Below are positions 26,249-35,828 of a stretch of DNA of 64,000 nt, piece after piece. The DNA is from an uncultured Thermotogaceae bacterium. GTDB taxonomy: Bacteria > Bipolaricaulota > Bipolaricaulia > Bipolaricaulales > Bipolaricaulaceae. The notes beneath the pieces are model-generated. The model saw only the letters and a program-made list of their open reading frames with translations, was not told where the DNA came from and ran no database searches. The translations under genes were made by a program, and so were the position numbers. The stretch spans positions 7,118 through 71,117 of the forward strand of contig CAYSAN010000006.1 of the NCBI GenBank assembly GCA_964429165.1, written 5' to 3'. Within the stretch, counting starts at the first letter, position 1. The number at the start of each line of letters is the position of its first letter.

Positions 26249-28023
26249 GGCACGGCGGGTACTTCCAGCGCCTGCTTGTGGTCGACCTCTCCGCGGGGAC
26301 CTCCCGGGCCTGGCTGCCGCCGGAGGAGCTGTGGGCGCTGTTTTTGGGGGGAAAAGGCGCGGGCCTCAAAATCCTTTACGACCTGGGCCTGGACCCCGCC
26401 CCGTTTTCCCCGGAAAACCCGCTGATCTTCATGACCGGCCCCATCACCGGCAGCCCTGTTCCTACTTCCGCTCGTTCCTGCGTGGTTTTCCTTTCGCCTC
26501 TGACGAACTCCGCTGTGGATTCTCACGCCGGCGGGCACTTCGGGCCCGCCCTGCGCCGCCTGGGGCTGGACGGGCTCATCATCCTTGGCCGCGCGGAAAA
26601 ACCCGTGTATCTGGAGGTGGGGCCGGAGAAGGCCTTCCTGCACCCGGCCGAGGGCCTCTGGGGGCAGGGCCTCTTTGCCACGGAGAAAGCCTTGCGGGGG
26701 AGACACCCGGGGGCCGTGGTCGCCTCCATTGGGCCAGGGGGCGAAAACAAGGTGCGGTTTGCCTGCATCGGCACGGGTTTCTGGCGCCAATTCGGGCGGG
26801 GTGGGGCCGGCGCGGTCATGGGCGCCAAGAACCTCAAAGCCATCGTGGTCCAGCCCGGGCGGGAAGGGGTTCCCATCGCGGACGAGAAGGCTTTTCACGA
26901 GTTGAACCGGAAGCTCGTGGCGGACCTTCTCTCTCATCCCATGCGGAAAAAGCGCGAAGAGCTGGGAACCACCATGTGGATTCGGATGGCCCAGGAGGCC
27001 GGGTTCCTCCCCACACGAAACTTCCGGGAATGCCGTTTCCCTGGTTTTGAAGGGATCAGCGCGGAGGCCATGCGGAGGGAGCTCTCTTGGGAGCCGCGCG
27101 GCTGCTTCAACTGCCCCATACGCTGCGGGAAGTTCGCCCGCTGGAACGGGTTTGAATTGGAGGGACCGGAGTATGAGACCGCCGCGTTCCTTGGGGCGAA
27201 CTTAGGGATCGGCGAGGCCAAGGCTGTGGCCTACGCCAACTGGCTTTGCGACGACCTTGGGCTTGATACGATCTCCGCGGGGGTGGTGATCTCCTTTGCC
27301 CTGGAGGCCGCGGAGCGCCACCTCCTCCCCTTGCCCCAAAGGTTTGGGGATAAGGAAGGGGTGTTCGCCCTCATCCACCAGATCGCTGGGCGCCAGGGCC
27401 TTGGCGATCTTCTGGCCGAAGGCACGCGAATTGCTGCGGCGGAGCTCGGTGAGGAAGCGAAGCGCTTGGCCATGCAAGTGGGGGGGATGGAGCTTTCCGG
27501 GGTGAACCCCAAAGGATGCGCCTCCATGGGGCTCTCCCTGGCCACAGCGGACTTCGCTTCCCACACGCGGTTTTGGTCCGCCACCGCGGAGATGCAGGGG
27601 GTCCTGGCGGTGGAGGGGGTGCCCAAATTCGTGAAGGAAGGGCAGGACGAGGTGGCAGCCCGCAATTCCCTTATAGTTTGCGATTTTCTCCCGTTCGGCT
27701 TTGACCGGCTGGCCCCGCTCCTCTCCGCTCTCACCGGGATGACCGTCACCCCGGACGGGCTCATGCTCAGCGGGGAACGCATTGAGAATCTGCATTGGCT
27801 CATTAACCGCGCGCGTGGCCGCGAGGAGGACACCCTTCCGGAGAGGTTTTTCGCTGAGCCCCATGAGGCCGGACTCTTTGCCGGCCGGCGCTTCACCCGC
27901 GCGGATTTCCAGCGCTGGCTCTCCCAGTACTACCGGCTGCGGGGCTGGGATGAAAAGGGCCACCCCACCCAGGAAAAGCTCTCCGAGCTGGGCCTGCCCG
28001 GCCAGAAACTCTGCGCCCTTTAG
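26245..28023 (+). CDS. aor: aldehyde:ferredoxin oxidoreductase (tungstopterin AOR family)
   Basis: AOR N-terminal domain plus C-terminal domains; 4Fe-4S ligands (CFNCPIRC); ~590 aa typical. Confidence 0.85.
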   Translation: MRHGGYFQRLLVVDLSAGTSRAWLPPEELWALFLGGKGAGLKILYDLGLDPAPFSPENPLIFMTGPITGSPVPTSARSCVVFLSPLTNSAVDSHAGGHFGPALRRLGLDGLIILGRAEKPVYLEVGPEKAFLHPAEGLWGQGLFATEKALRGRHPGAVVASIGPGGENKVRFACIGTGFWRQFGRGGAGAVMGAKNLKAIVVQPGREGVPIADEKAFHELNRKLVADLLSHPMRKKREELGTTMWIRMAQEAGFLPTRNFRECRFPGFEGISAEAMRRELSWEPRGCFNCPIRCGKFARWNGFELEGPEYETAAFLGANLGIGEAKAVAYANWLCDDLGLDTISAGVVISFALEAAERHLLPLPQRFGDKEGVFALIHQIAGRQGLGDLLAEGTRIAAAELGEEAKRLAMQVGGMELSGVNPKGCASMGLSLATADFASHTRFWSATAEMQGVLAVEGVPKFVKEGQDEVAARNSLIVCDFLPFGFDRLAPLLSALTGMTVTPDGLMLSGERIENLHWLINRARGREEDTLPERFFAEPHEAGLFAGRRFTRADFQRWLSQYYRLRGWDEKGHPTQEKLSELGLPGQKLCAL

Positions 28024-28025
28024 CC

Positions 28026-28925
28026 ATGCAGCCAGGCCTGGGCTTCGGCGTCTTCCATGAGCCAGTTCTGCTCAGGGAGGTCCTGGGCTTCCTTGAGCCC
28101 GCGCCGGGGAAGGTCATCGTGGATGCCACCGTGGGCACAGGCGGCCATGCCGAGGCCATTTTGGCCCAAGGCGCCAGGGTGATCGGCATCGATCAGGACC
28201 CCCAAAGCCTGGAGTTGGCGGTGGAACGCCTGCGTGGCTTTGGAGAGCGCTTCCGCGCGGTGCGGGGTAACTTCCGCAAGCTGCGCGAGCTTTTGACCAG
28301 CAGCGGGGTGGGCAAAGTGGACGGGATCCTTTTGGACCTCGGCCTTTCTTCCCTGCACCTTTCCCAGGCGGAGCGCGGGTTTTCCTTTCAACACGAGGGC
28401 CCCTTGGACATGCGTCTGGATCCGGATAATCCTCTGACCGCCGCGGACCTTGTGAACGGCCTTGCGGAAAAAGAGCTCGCGTGGATCCTGCGGGAGTACG
28501 GGGAGGAGAGGCATGCGGACCGCATCGCCAAGGAGATCGTGAGGAGCCGACCTATTCGCACCACTGGGGAGCTGGCGCGCCTTGTGGCCCGCTGCTATCC
28601 GCCCGGGAATTACCGCATCCATCCGGCCACGCGCACGTTTCAAGCCCTCAGGATCGCCGTGAACGACGAGCTTTCCGCCCTGGAGGAGGTCCTCCCCCAG
28701 GCCAGGACCCTCCTCTCCCCTGGGGGCGTTCTTTGCGTGATGGCCTTCCATTCCCTGGAGGATCGTATCGTCAAGCGCTTTTTGCGCGAGGAGGCCAGGG
28801 CAGGCCGGATGAGGCTTCTCACCAAGCGGCCTGTGCGGCCAGGGGAGGAGGAGGTGGCCCGTAACCCGCGGGCGCGCTCGGCCCGCCTCCGTGCCGCCCG
28901 CGTGCCTGAAGTTCCCTCCGCCTAG
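28026..28925 (+). CDS. rsmH: 16S rRNA (cytosine1402-N4)-methyltransferase RsmH/MraW
   Basis: HEPVLLREVL, DATVGTGGHA SAM-binding motif. Confidence 0.9.
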   Translation: MQPGLGFGVFHEPVLLREVLGFLEPAPGKVIVDATVGTGGHAEAILAQGARVIGIDQDPQSLELAVERLRGFGERFRAVRGNFRKLRELLTSSGVGKVDGILLDLGLSSLHLSQAERGFSFQHEGPLDMRLDPDNPLTAADLVNGLAEKELAWILREYGEERHADRIAKEIVRSRPIRTTGELARLVARCYPPGNYRIHPATRTFQALRIAVNDELSALEEVLPQARTLLSPGGVLCVMAFHSLEDRIVKRFLREEARAGRMRLLTKRPVRPGEEEVARNPRARSARLRAARVPEVPSA

Positions 28926-28974
28926 CCCCTGCTGTCCCATCCTCAGGGGAAAAAAATCTTAGGCTTGCCTGGGG

Positions 28975-29277
28975 ATGCGGGTGAAGGGCGGTTCTTGGGA
29001 GACGGTGGCCGGGCTGTTGGCTTTGGCTTTGGTCATCGCTGGTTTGGCTTTTCTTTACCTTTGGCAAGGTCTTGCCCTGGCCCGCCTGCGGGCAGAGGAG
29101 GCCCGCCTCCTGTTGGCCCTCCAGGAGCTCCAGGGAGAAAAGCTTTTTTGGGAACACAAGTGGCGGGAGGCCCACTCCCTGGAGGTGCTGAGCGAGCGCG
29201 CGCGGGCCCTGGGCCTGGCGCCTTTTGATCTCTCCCGCATCCATTACCTGGAGCTTGCGGAGGGAGGCGATGGTTAA
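28975..29277 (+). CDS. ftsL: FtsL-like cell-division protein (single TM plus coiled coil)
   Basis: 100 aa, TM segment VAGLLALALVIAGLAFLY then leucine-zipper-like region; position between rsmH and ftsI. Confidence 0.55.
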   Translation: MRVKGGSWETVAGLLALALVIAGLAFLYLWQGLALARLRAEEARLLLALQELQGEKLFWEHKWREAHSLEVLSERARALGLAPFDLSRIHYLELAEGGDG

Positions 29278-30928
29278 GCGGGCGGTGTGGGCCTTTTTTG
29301 TGCTGGCCTTGGCCGGGCTGGCTGTGCTTGCCCGCCTTTTTCAGCTCCAGATCCTGGAGCATCGGGAATGGTCTGTCCTGGCCCAAATGGTCCAGGAGGA
29401 CCGCGTGGAGCTTCCTTCCCGCCGCGGCACCATCTACGACCGAAATGGCAAACCCTTGGCCTACGACGTCCCTGCCTATTCCATCGCCCTCGACAACTAT
29501 CACGTCACCAAGCCCGAGCTGTTGGTGGAACTGTTGGTGAAGGAGTTGGGGCTGACCAAGGAGGAGGCACGGGGCAAGGTGTACCGCACCGGCTATTTCA
29601 CCTGGCTAGCGCGCAACGTGGACCTGGACAAAGCCAAGCGCTTTCAAGCTCTGGCCAAGGCCAAAGGGATCCAGGGGCTTCTCTTTTTCCCGGCGTGGAA
29701 GCGGGCCTATCCCCACGGCAACATGGCTATCGAGGTGCTCGGGCTGGTGGACATTGATGGGAACGGGATCTCCGGCCTTGAGCTTGTCCTGGACCACCAG
29801 CTGAAAGGCAAGCCCAAGGTTTGGCGCATCGTGCGGGCTGCGGATGGCAGCCCCCAGGAGATCAGGGAGGAGGATCCAGGGGAGCCCGGAAATGATGTGC
29901 ATCTCACCCTGGATCACCGCATTCAATGGCTGTGTGAAAAGGAGTTGGAGGAGACTTTGCGCACCACGCCGGCCGATCGAGGGTGTGCGGTGGTGCTGAC
30001 CCCCAAAACCGGCGAGGTTTTGGCCCTGGCCCAGGCCCCCCGTTGGGATTGGGAGAACCCTGATGTGGCCCTGCTTAAGCCCTGGGCGGTGACGGACGTG
30101 TTTGAGCCGGGCTCCACGTTCAAAACCTTGGTGGCCCTGGCCGCCTGGGACCTGGGTCTGGTTTCGGAGACGGAGCTCTTTGAGGCCTCCTCCCCCCGCA
30201 TCGTGGCGGGTGTGGCCATCAGGAACGCGAAAAACCGGAGCTACCCGCCCCTCAACTTGCGCGATGCTCTGGCCCAGTCTGTGAACACCGTGCTCGTTCA
30301 GGTGGCCCAAAGGGTGGGGGTGAACAAGCTTCACGAGTACCTGACGCGCATGGGTTTCGGACGGCCCACGGGGATTGAGCTTCCCGGGGAAGAGGGTGGT
30401 TTTTTGCGCCCACCTGGGAAGTGGACGGAGGTGGATCTGGCGGTGAGCTCCTTCGGCCAGAGCGTGGGCGTGACGGCCATCCAGCTGGCCGCCGCCTATG
30501 CGGCCCTGAGCAACAACGGTATCTTGGTAAGACCGCACGTTCTTCCCGGCCCGCCTGAGCCCCGTGGCACCATTGCTAAGCCCGCTTCCTGTCAAAAGAT
30601 GCGGGAATTCCTGGCCCACGCGGTGCACACGGGCACCGGCACGCCCGCCCAGGTGCCGGGGTTCAAGGTCGGAGGGAAATCCGGAACAGCCCAGATCGCT
30701 GTGCCTGGCCAGGGGTACGTCCCCGGCCACGTCACCACGGCCATGGGGGCTTTCTTCCCCTGGGATTCCCCGGCATACACGATCGTGGTGGTCTACCAGA
30801 CCAGCAAGACCGACGAGTTTTGGAGTGGGACCACGGCGGTGCCCTCGGTGGGGCGGATCGTGCGGGCCATGGCCGCCATGGGGTTGGTTCACCCCGCGGA
30901 GAACACCGGGCTTGGCCGGTCGGGATAA
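29270..30928 (+). CDS. ftsI: peptidoglycan D,D-transpeptidase FtsI / class B penicillin-binding protein (start at ATG 29270 with GGAGGGAGG SD)
   Basis: N-terminal TM, dimerisation domain, transpeptidase motifs STFK, SVN, KSGT. Confidence 0.85.
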   Translation: MVKRAVWAFFVLALAGLAVLARLFQLQILEHREWSVLAQMVQEDRVELPSRRGTIYDRNGKPLAYDVPAYSIALDNYHVTKPELLVELLVKELGLTKEEARGKVYRTGYFTWLARNVDLDKAKRFQALAKAKGIQGLLFFPAWKRAYPHGNMAIEVLGLVDIDGNGISGLELVLDHQLKGKPKVWRIVRAADGSPQEIREEDPGEPGNDVHLTLDHRIQWLCEKELEETLRTTPADRGCAVVLTPKTGEVLALAQAPRWDWENPDVALLKPWAVTDVFEPGSTFKTLVALAAWDLGLVSETELFEASSPRIVAGVAIRNAKNRSYPPLNLRDALAQSVNTVLVQVAQRVGVNKLHEYLTRMGFGRPTGIELPGEEGGFLRPPGKWTEVDLAVSSFGQSVGVTAIQLAAAYAALSNNGILVRPHVLPGPPEPRGTIAKPASCQKMREFLAHAVHTGTGTPAQVPGFKVGGKSGTAQIAVPGQGYVPGHVTTAMGAFFPWDSPAYTIVVVYQTSKTDEFWSGTTAVPSVGRIVRAMAAMGLVHPAENTGLGRSG

Positions 30929-31626
30929 GTCAGAAAAATGTGGCCTTTCCACCCGTCCAGGGCCTGGGCCACTGTCTCCAGGGCCAGTTCCGGTCTGTTG
31001 TTCTCCCGGGAAAGGTGGGCGAGGAACACGGCTTTGCACCAATCCCTCAGGCTCTTCAGGGCTTGGGCCGCCTCATCGTTGGCCAAATGCCCAAGAGGCC
31101 CAAGGATGCGCATCTTCAACGGCCAGGGATAGGGTCCGGTGAGGAGCATCTCCAGGTCATGGTTGGTTTCCACCACCAACTGTTCGCAGCCCTTCAAGGC
31201 CGCCAGGACCTGTGCGGTGACGCGTCCCAGGTCCGTGACCACGCCCAAGCGCACCCCATCCACCTCCAGGCGCAAACCCAGGGGTTCCACGGCGTCGTGG
31301 GAGAGGGGGATGGGGAAGATCCTGATTCCCTCCACCTCAAGGCCTGGCTCAGCCACCAGGCCTTTGAGCCCGAGGGCCCTTAGGGTGCCGGCGCTGGCCA
31401 CCACGTTGACGCCACGGCGGCGCGCGTGGGCCAATCCCCGCACATGGTCGGTGTGCTCATGGGTGATGATCACGTGGCGCAGCCCCTGGAGGGAGAGGCG
31501 GGCCTGCTTGGCGCGGGCCACAAGATCGGACCAAAGGAGGCCACAGTCCACAAGCACCGGCCCCCCTGGCCCCTCAAGAAGAAGGGCGTTGCCCGAGGAC
31601 CCGCTTCCCAATACGCAGAGCTTCAC
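30889..31626 (-). CDS. MBL-fold metallo-hydrolase
   Basis: HEHTDH (HxHxDH) metal-binding motif. Confidence 0.75.
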   Translation of the reverse strand: MKLCVLGSGSSGNALLLEGPGGPVLVDCGLLWSDLVARAKQARLSLQGLRHVIITHEHTDHVRGLAHARRRGVNVVASAGTLRALGLKGLVAEPGLEVEGIRIFPIPLSHDAVEPLGLRLEVDGVRLGVVTDLGRVTAQVLAALKGCEQLVVETNHDLEMLLTGPYPWPLKMRILGPLGHLANDEAAQALKSLRDWCKAVFLAHLSRENNRPELALETVAQALDGWKGHIFLTYPDRPSPVFSAG

Positions 31627-32378
31627 CGCTCGTCGCGTCGTCTCAGGGCGTCCAAGAGCTCCAGCGGAAGCGGGAACACAACGGTGTTGGTCTTCTCGGT
31701 GGAGATCTCCGTTAGGGTCTGCAGGTAGCGGAGCTGGAGGGCACCGGGAGATTGCTGCATGATGGCTGCGGCCTCCCGCAGTTTTTCCGCGGCCTGGAGC
31801 TCGCCATCGGCGTGAATGATCTTGCTGCGGCGTTCGCGCTCGGCCTCGGCCTGCCGGGCAATGGCCCGCTGCATCTCCGCCGGGATCTTCACGTCCTTGA
31901 TCTCCACTGTGATCACCTTGATCCCCCAGGGATCGGTGTGCTCGTCGATGATCTTCTGCAACTCCCGGTTCAAGCGCTCCCGCTCCGAAAGGAGCTCGTC
32001 CAGCTCGCTTTTGCCCACGATGGAGCGCAGGGTGGTCATGGAGATCTGGCGTGTGGCCTCCACGAAGTCCAAGACCTCCACGATGGCGGCCGTGGGATCC
32101 ACCACGCGAAAGTACACCACGGCGTTGACGTGCACGGGCACGTTGTCCCTGGTGATCACCTCCTGGGGTGGGACGTCCAGGGTGATGGTGCGCAGGTCCA
32201 CTTTCACCATCTTGTCCACGAAGGGGATGATGAGGAACAAGCCCGGGCCTTTAGCGCCGACGAGGCGGCCCAGTCTGAAGATCACCCCGCGCTCATACTC
32301 GCGCACGATGCGGATGGCGCTGGCCAAAAACAGGAGGACCAGTCCGGCAAGAATCGCTATCCAGAACTCGCCTACCAT
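31623..32378 (-). CDS. SPFH/band-7 (stomatin-like) membrane protein (start at internal Met; table ORF starts 32480)
   Basis: N-terminal TM then SPFH domain ([14 protein letters not shown]..., [19 protein letters not shown]). Confidence 0.8.
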   Translation of the reverse strand: MVGEFWIAILAGLVLLFLASAIRIVREYERGVIFRLGRLVGAKGPGLFLIIPFVDKMVKVDLRTITLDVPPQEVITRDNVPVHVNAVVYFRVVDPTAAIVEVLDFVEATRQISMTTLRSIVGKSELDELLSERERLNRELQKIIDEHTDPWGIKVITVEIKDVKIPAEMQRAIARQAEAERERRSKIIHADGELQAAEKLREAAAIMQQSPGALQLRYLQTLTEISTEKTNTVVFPLPLELLDALRRRDER

Positions 32379-32441
32379 TGAACACCCCCTTGTCGAGGTC
32401 CATGATAGACGTCTACCATCCCCGTGCAAAGGGGGCGAAAA

Positions 32442-33203
32442 ATGCTCAAGCCCTTGGTGGTCGGGAATTGGAAGATGCACAAGACCATCAAAGAAACTGA
32501 GGAGTACCTGCGCCGGCTGGTGGCGCTCGCAGGGGATGAGCCGCCGGTGGAGCTCGCGGTGTGCCCCTCTTTCACGGCGTTAGCCCTGACGGCACAGCTC
32601 CTTTCCCGCAGCCCGATAGCGGTGGGCGCTCAAAGCGGGCACCCCCAAAAGGAGGGGCCCTTCACGGGGGAGGTCTCCATGTACCAGCTGGCTGACCTCG
32701 GGGTGAAGTACGTGATCTGTGGGCACTCCGAGCGCCGCCAATTGTTTGGGGAAACTGATGAATTTGTGGCGGAAAAGGTGAAGGCCGCGTGGGCCTATAA
32801 CTTAACCCCCATCCTTTGCGTTGGGGAGACCTTGGGGGAACGCCGAGCAGGAAGGGCCTGGGAGGTGGTGGAGCACCAGCTTTCTGCCGCCCTGGGGGAG
32901 GGACTCCTTGGACCGTTGGTCATCGCCTATGAACCGGTTTGGGCCATTGGCACAGGTGTCCCTGCTCACCCCCAGGATGTTCAAGATATGGCCGGTCGCA
33001 TCCGCGCTTGGCTTGTGGAGCGTTTTAGGGGAAACGGGAAGTGCGTGCGTATCCTGTACGGCGGTTCTGTGCAACCGGAGAACGCCCGCGAGTTTTTGGC
33101 GCTTCCGGAGATCCAAGGGGCTCTGGTCGGCGGCGCCTCCCTGGAGCCTGAGAGGTTCTGGGGGATCGCGCTTGCTGCTAGCGGTGATAAGCCCAGCCGG
33201 TAA
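32442..33203 (+). CDS. tpiA: triose-phosphate isomerase
   Basis: [19 protein letters not shown], catalytic Glu region. Confidence 0.9.
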   Translation: MLKPLVVGNWKMHKTIKETEEYLRRLVALAGDEPPVELAVCPSFTALALTAQLLSRSPIAVGAQSGHPQKEGPFTGEVSMYQLADLGVKYVICGHSERRQLFGETDEFVAEKVKAAWAYNLTPILCVGETLGERRAGRAWEVVEHQLSAALGEGLLGPLVIAYEPVWAIGTGVPAHPQDVQDMAGRIRAWLVERFRGNGKCVRILYGGSVQPENAREFLALPEIQGALVGGASLEPERFWGIALAASGDKPSR

Positions 33204-33939
33204 GGCGGCCCTCTAAGAGTGTGGCCAGCGCGTAAAGGGTCACGCCCATTCCGGCGATGGCCACCAGGCCTGCGAATACCAGTGGCACATCGAAGCGTGA
33301 GCTCGCTGCGATCATGAGGTAGCCAATTCCTCGATCAGAAGCCACTGTTTCGCTGATCACTGAACCAACAAAGGCCATGGTGATTGCGACCTTCAAGGAC
33401 CCGAAAAAGTAAGGGAGCGTGCGGGGAAGCCCAACTTTGCGGAAAAGTTGAAAGGGGGTGGCGCCCAAAGAGCGAAGTACGTCGCGAAGCTCTGGCTCCA
33501 GGGTGGCCAAGCCAGTGGCCACGTTCACGACAATGGGGAAAAAAGAAATGAGAAATGCAGTGAGCACTGCAGGAATAGCGCCAATACCAAACCAAATGAC
33601 AAGGATGGGGACGATGGCGACCTTCGGGATACTGTTGAAGGCAATAAGCAGAGGGTAAAGGGCCCGATAAAGGAGTGTGGAGAACCCAATGGTCCAACCC
33701 AGCAAGAGCCCGGTGATCACGGCCAAGCCGAACCCCAGCACGGTGGTGTACAAGGTGTGGGCGGAGTGCATAAGGATGACGTCGCGCCAGCGCCACAATG
33801 CCTGGACCACCAGCGAAGGCGCTGGCAACACAAAGCGAGGGATGCGGAAGACCCAGACTATGCCCTCCCACGTCAAGACAAAGAGCAAAAGGGTGAGCAC
33901 AGGAATGGCCATGTTCTTTGCCTTGGGAGAGGCCTTCAT
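33178..33939 (-). CDS. ABC transporter permease (NitT/TauT family)
   Basis: Six-TM BPD-transporter domain with EAA-like loop. Confidence 0.8.
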   Translation of the reverse strand: MKASPKAKNMAIPVLTLLLFVLTWEGIVWVFRIPRFVLPAPSLVVQALWRWRDVILMHSAHTLYTTVLGFGLAVITGLLLGWTIGFSTLLYRALYPLLIAFNSIPKVAIVPILVIWFGIGAIPAVLTAFLISFFPIVVNVATGLATLEPELRDVLRSLGATPFQLFRKVGLPRTLPYFFGSLKVAITMAFVGSVISETVASDRGIGYLMIAASSRFDVPLVFAGLVAIAGMGVTLYALATLLEGRLTGWAYHR

Positions 33940-34742
33940 GACGATACCCTTCCCTGGCTCGTTCCGATGGCTTGACGCAGGAGGTAGACCAGCTCGCTGA
34001 ACGGCGGGGTGTAACTGAGCTCCAGCTCCCGAGGGTGAGGGAAATTCACGACTTTGCTCAACAAAATTTGACCGGGGCGGGCGCTCATCACGTGAACTTT
34101 GCTCGCCAAAAAGACAGCTTCCCGAAGATCATGGGTCACGAGGATCACGGTTGGGCTCCGATCCAACCACACGCGTTGTAGCACAAACCAAAGCTCTTCG
34201 CGGGTAAAGGCGTCGAGGGCCCCAAATGGCTCGTCCAAAAGGAGGATTTTGGGGTTATGGATGAGCGCGCGGCAAAGGGAAACGCGCTGCTGCATGCCAC
34301 CGGAAAGCTGCCAAGGATGGTGGTGTTCAAAGCCAGCTAGGCCCACGAGGGCAAGAAGCTCCTGCGCTTTTTGTCTGAACTCCCGCTTTTTTCTGCGGAA
34401 CTCTTGAGCATAGGGCCGCACGATTTCCAAGGGCAAGATGATGTTGCCCACGGTGGTGCGCCAAGGGAGGAGGGAAGGGTTCTGGAAAGCCATGCCCACA
34501 ATCTTCAGCGGGCTTGTCACCTTGAGTCCGTCCACAAAAACCTCTCCTGCCGTGGGCAAAATCAGGCCAGCCACGAGCTTGAGCAGCGTGGTCTTCCCGC
34601 ATCCGCTTGACCCTACCACGGCGACGAACTCCTCCGGCTCAATGGACAAGCTCACCTTGTCGAGGGCCAACGTGGAATGGGCGCCGGAGGCGTAAAGGAG
34701 GGAAACTTCTTGAAAGATTACGGGTGCGCCTTTTGTGCTCAT
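33936..34742 (-). CDS. ABC transporter ATP-binding protein (NitT/TauT family)
   Basis: Walker A GSSGCGKTT, LSGGMQQRV, Walker B LLLDEP. Confidence 0.85.
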   Translation of the reverse strand: MSTKGAPVIFQEVSLLYASGAHSTLALDKVSLSIEPEEFVAVVGSSGCGKTTLLKLVAGLILPTAGEVFVDGLKVTSPLKIVGMAFQNPSLLPWRTTVGNIILPLEIVRPYAQEFRRKKREFRQKAQELLALVGLAGFEHHHPWQLSGGMQQRVSLCRALIHNPKILLLDEPFGALDAFTREELWFVLQRVWLDRSPTVILVTHDLREAVFLASKVHVMSARPGQILLSKVVNFPHPRELELSYTPPFSELVYLLRQAIGTSQGRVSS

Positions 34743-34784
34743 GTAAAAAGGGGGACAGAGCTGAGCCTGTCCCCCTTCCCCTCC

Positions 34785-35801
34785 TCACGGTCTAGGCAAC
34801 CGCTCAGCCAAGGGCGGCAAATACGCGTTGGTGAAAACCTCCGCTACTTCGGGAGCGTAAGCCAGGCCGAAGCCCTCTGTGACGAGAGCGATCGCCTTGG
34901 CGAGCCGTTCGGTCCGAGCATCGCCAAAGCCCAGTTCACGCACATCAGGGGTCAGCATGCACACGTTGATGGCCAAAAGCAATCGCTCAAGCTCCACAGC
35001 GGTGTCGATCAAGGGATCCCGTTGCTTTACGTACGCGATGGCGCCTTCAGGATCAGCAATGGTCTCGTGCCACGCGCGGGTCAGGGCCCGTAGGAAGGCA
35101 CGCACAACCTCAGGCTTTTCTTGAAGCAGTTCAGGCGAGCACATCACGGCATTGCCGTAAAGATCGAGGCCGTGTTCGGCATATAGAAGGACCACGATGT
35201 CCCTTTCTGCTACGCCCATGGCCTTCAAGTTGATCACCGCGGTGAAAAAGTGAGCGCTGATGGCGTCCACTTGACCGAGGACCAAAAGCCTTTCACGCAG
35301 CGCGGGCTCCATGGTGACCCAGGCCACCGTTGTGGGGTCGATGCCGGTGACCTTGGCGAACACGGGAAAGAGGCGGCGCGAGGCATCGCCCGCGGGTGCG
35401 CCCAGGGTGCGTCCCACCAGATCTCGCGGGCTCTCGATGCCCCGCCCCCGCAAGGTGACGATCGAGAACGGAGCGTAGTCGTAAACGATAGCCACCGCAA
35501 TCAAAGCCCGCTCGGGATTTCGTGCGTTGAACTCGATCATGGAATTGATGTCGGCAAATCCTATGTCGTAGACGCCCGTGGCGATCTTTGTCACCGCGTC
35601 GGCCGATCCATAGCCCCGGTCAATGGTGACGTCCAAACCCTCGGCCGCAAAATACCCCCTGTACAGGGCCACAAGAAACGGGGCTTGAGGACCTTGATAG
35701 GCCCAGTCCAGCGTAAACTTCACCGGGATCTGGGCCGTGCCCAAAAATCCGAGGGTCAGGAAGACCACACAAAACACTAGACCAATTCTCATCTCCATCA
35801 C
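34785..35801 (-). CDS. ABC transporter substrate-binding protein, NMT1/THI5-like
   Basis: Signal/TM N-terminus, periplasmic-binding fold with THI5/SsuA-like pattern. Confidence 0.7.
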   Translation of the reverse strand: MMEMRIGLVFCVVFLTLGFLGTAQIPVKFTLDWAYQGPQAPFLVALYRGYFAAEGLDVTIDRGYGSADAVTKIATGVYDIGFADINSMIEFNARNPERALIAVAIVYDYAPFSIVTLRGRGIESPRDLVGRTLGAPAGDASRRLFPVFAKVTGIDPTTVAWVTMEPALRERLLVLGQVDAISAHFFTAVINLKAMGVAERDIVVLLYAEHGLDLYGNAVMCSPELLQEKPEVVRAFLRALTRAWHETIADPEGAIAYVKQRDPLIDTAVELERLLLAINVCMLTPDVRELGFGDARTERLAKAIALVTEGFGLAYAPEVAEVFTNAYLPPLAERLPRP

Positions 35802-35828
35802 CTCCGGAAAGGTGGGTCTCTTAGCCCA

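Noticed and set aside
34785-35801. THI5/NMT1-like SBP as a riboswitch-controlled ThiY HMP transporter
   Set aside because: Only 27 nt separate it from the upstream Mo-hydroxylase large-subunit gene on the same strand and no THI-box is present; it is more likely part of the purine-catabolic operon.
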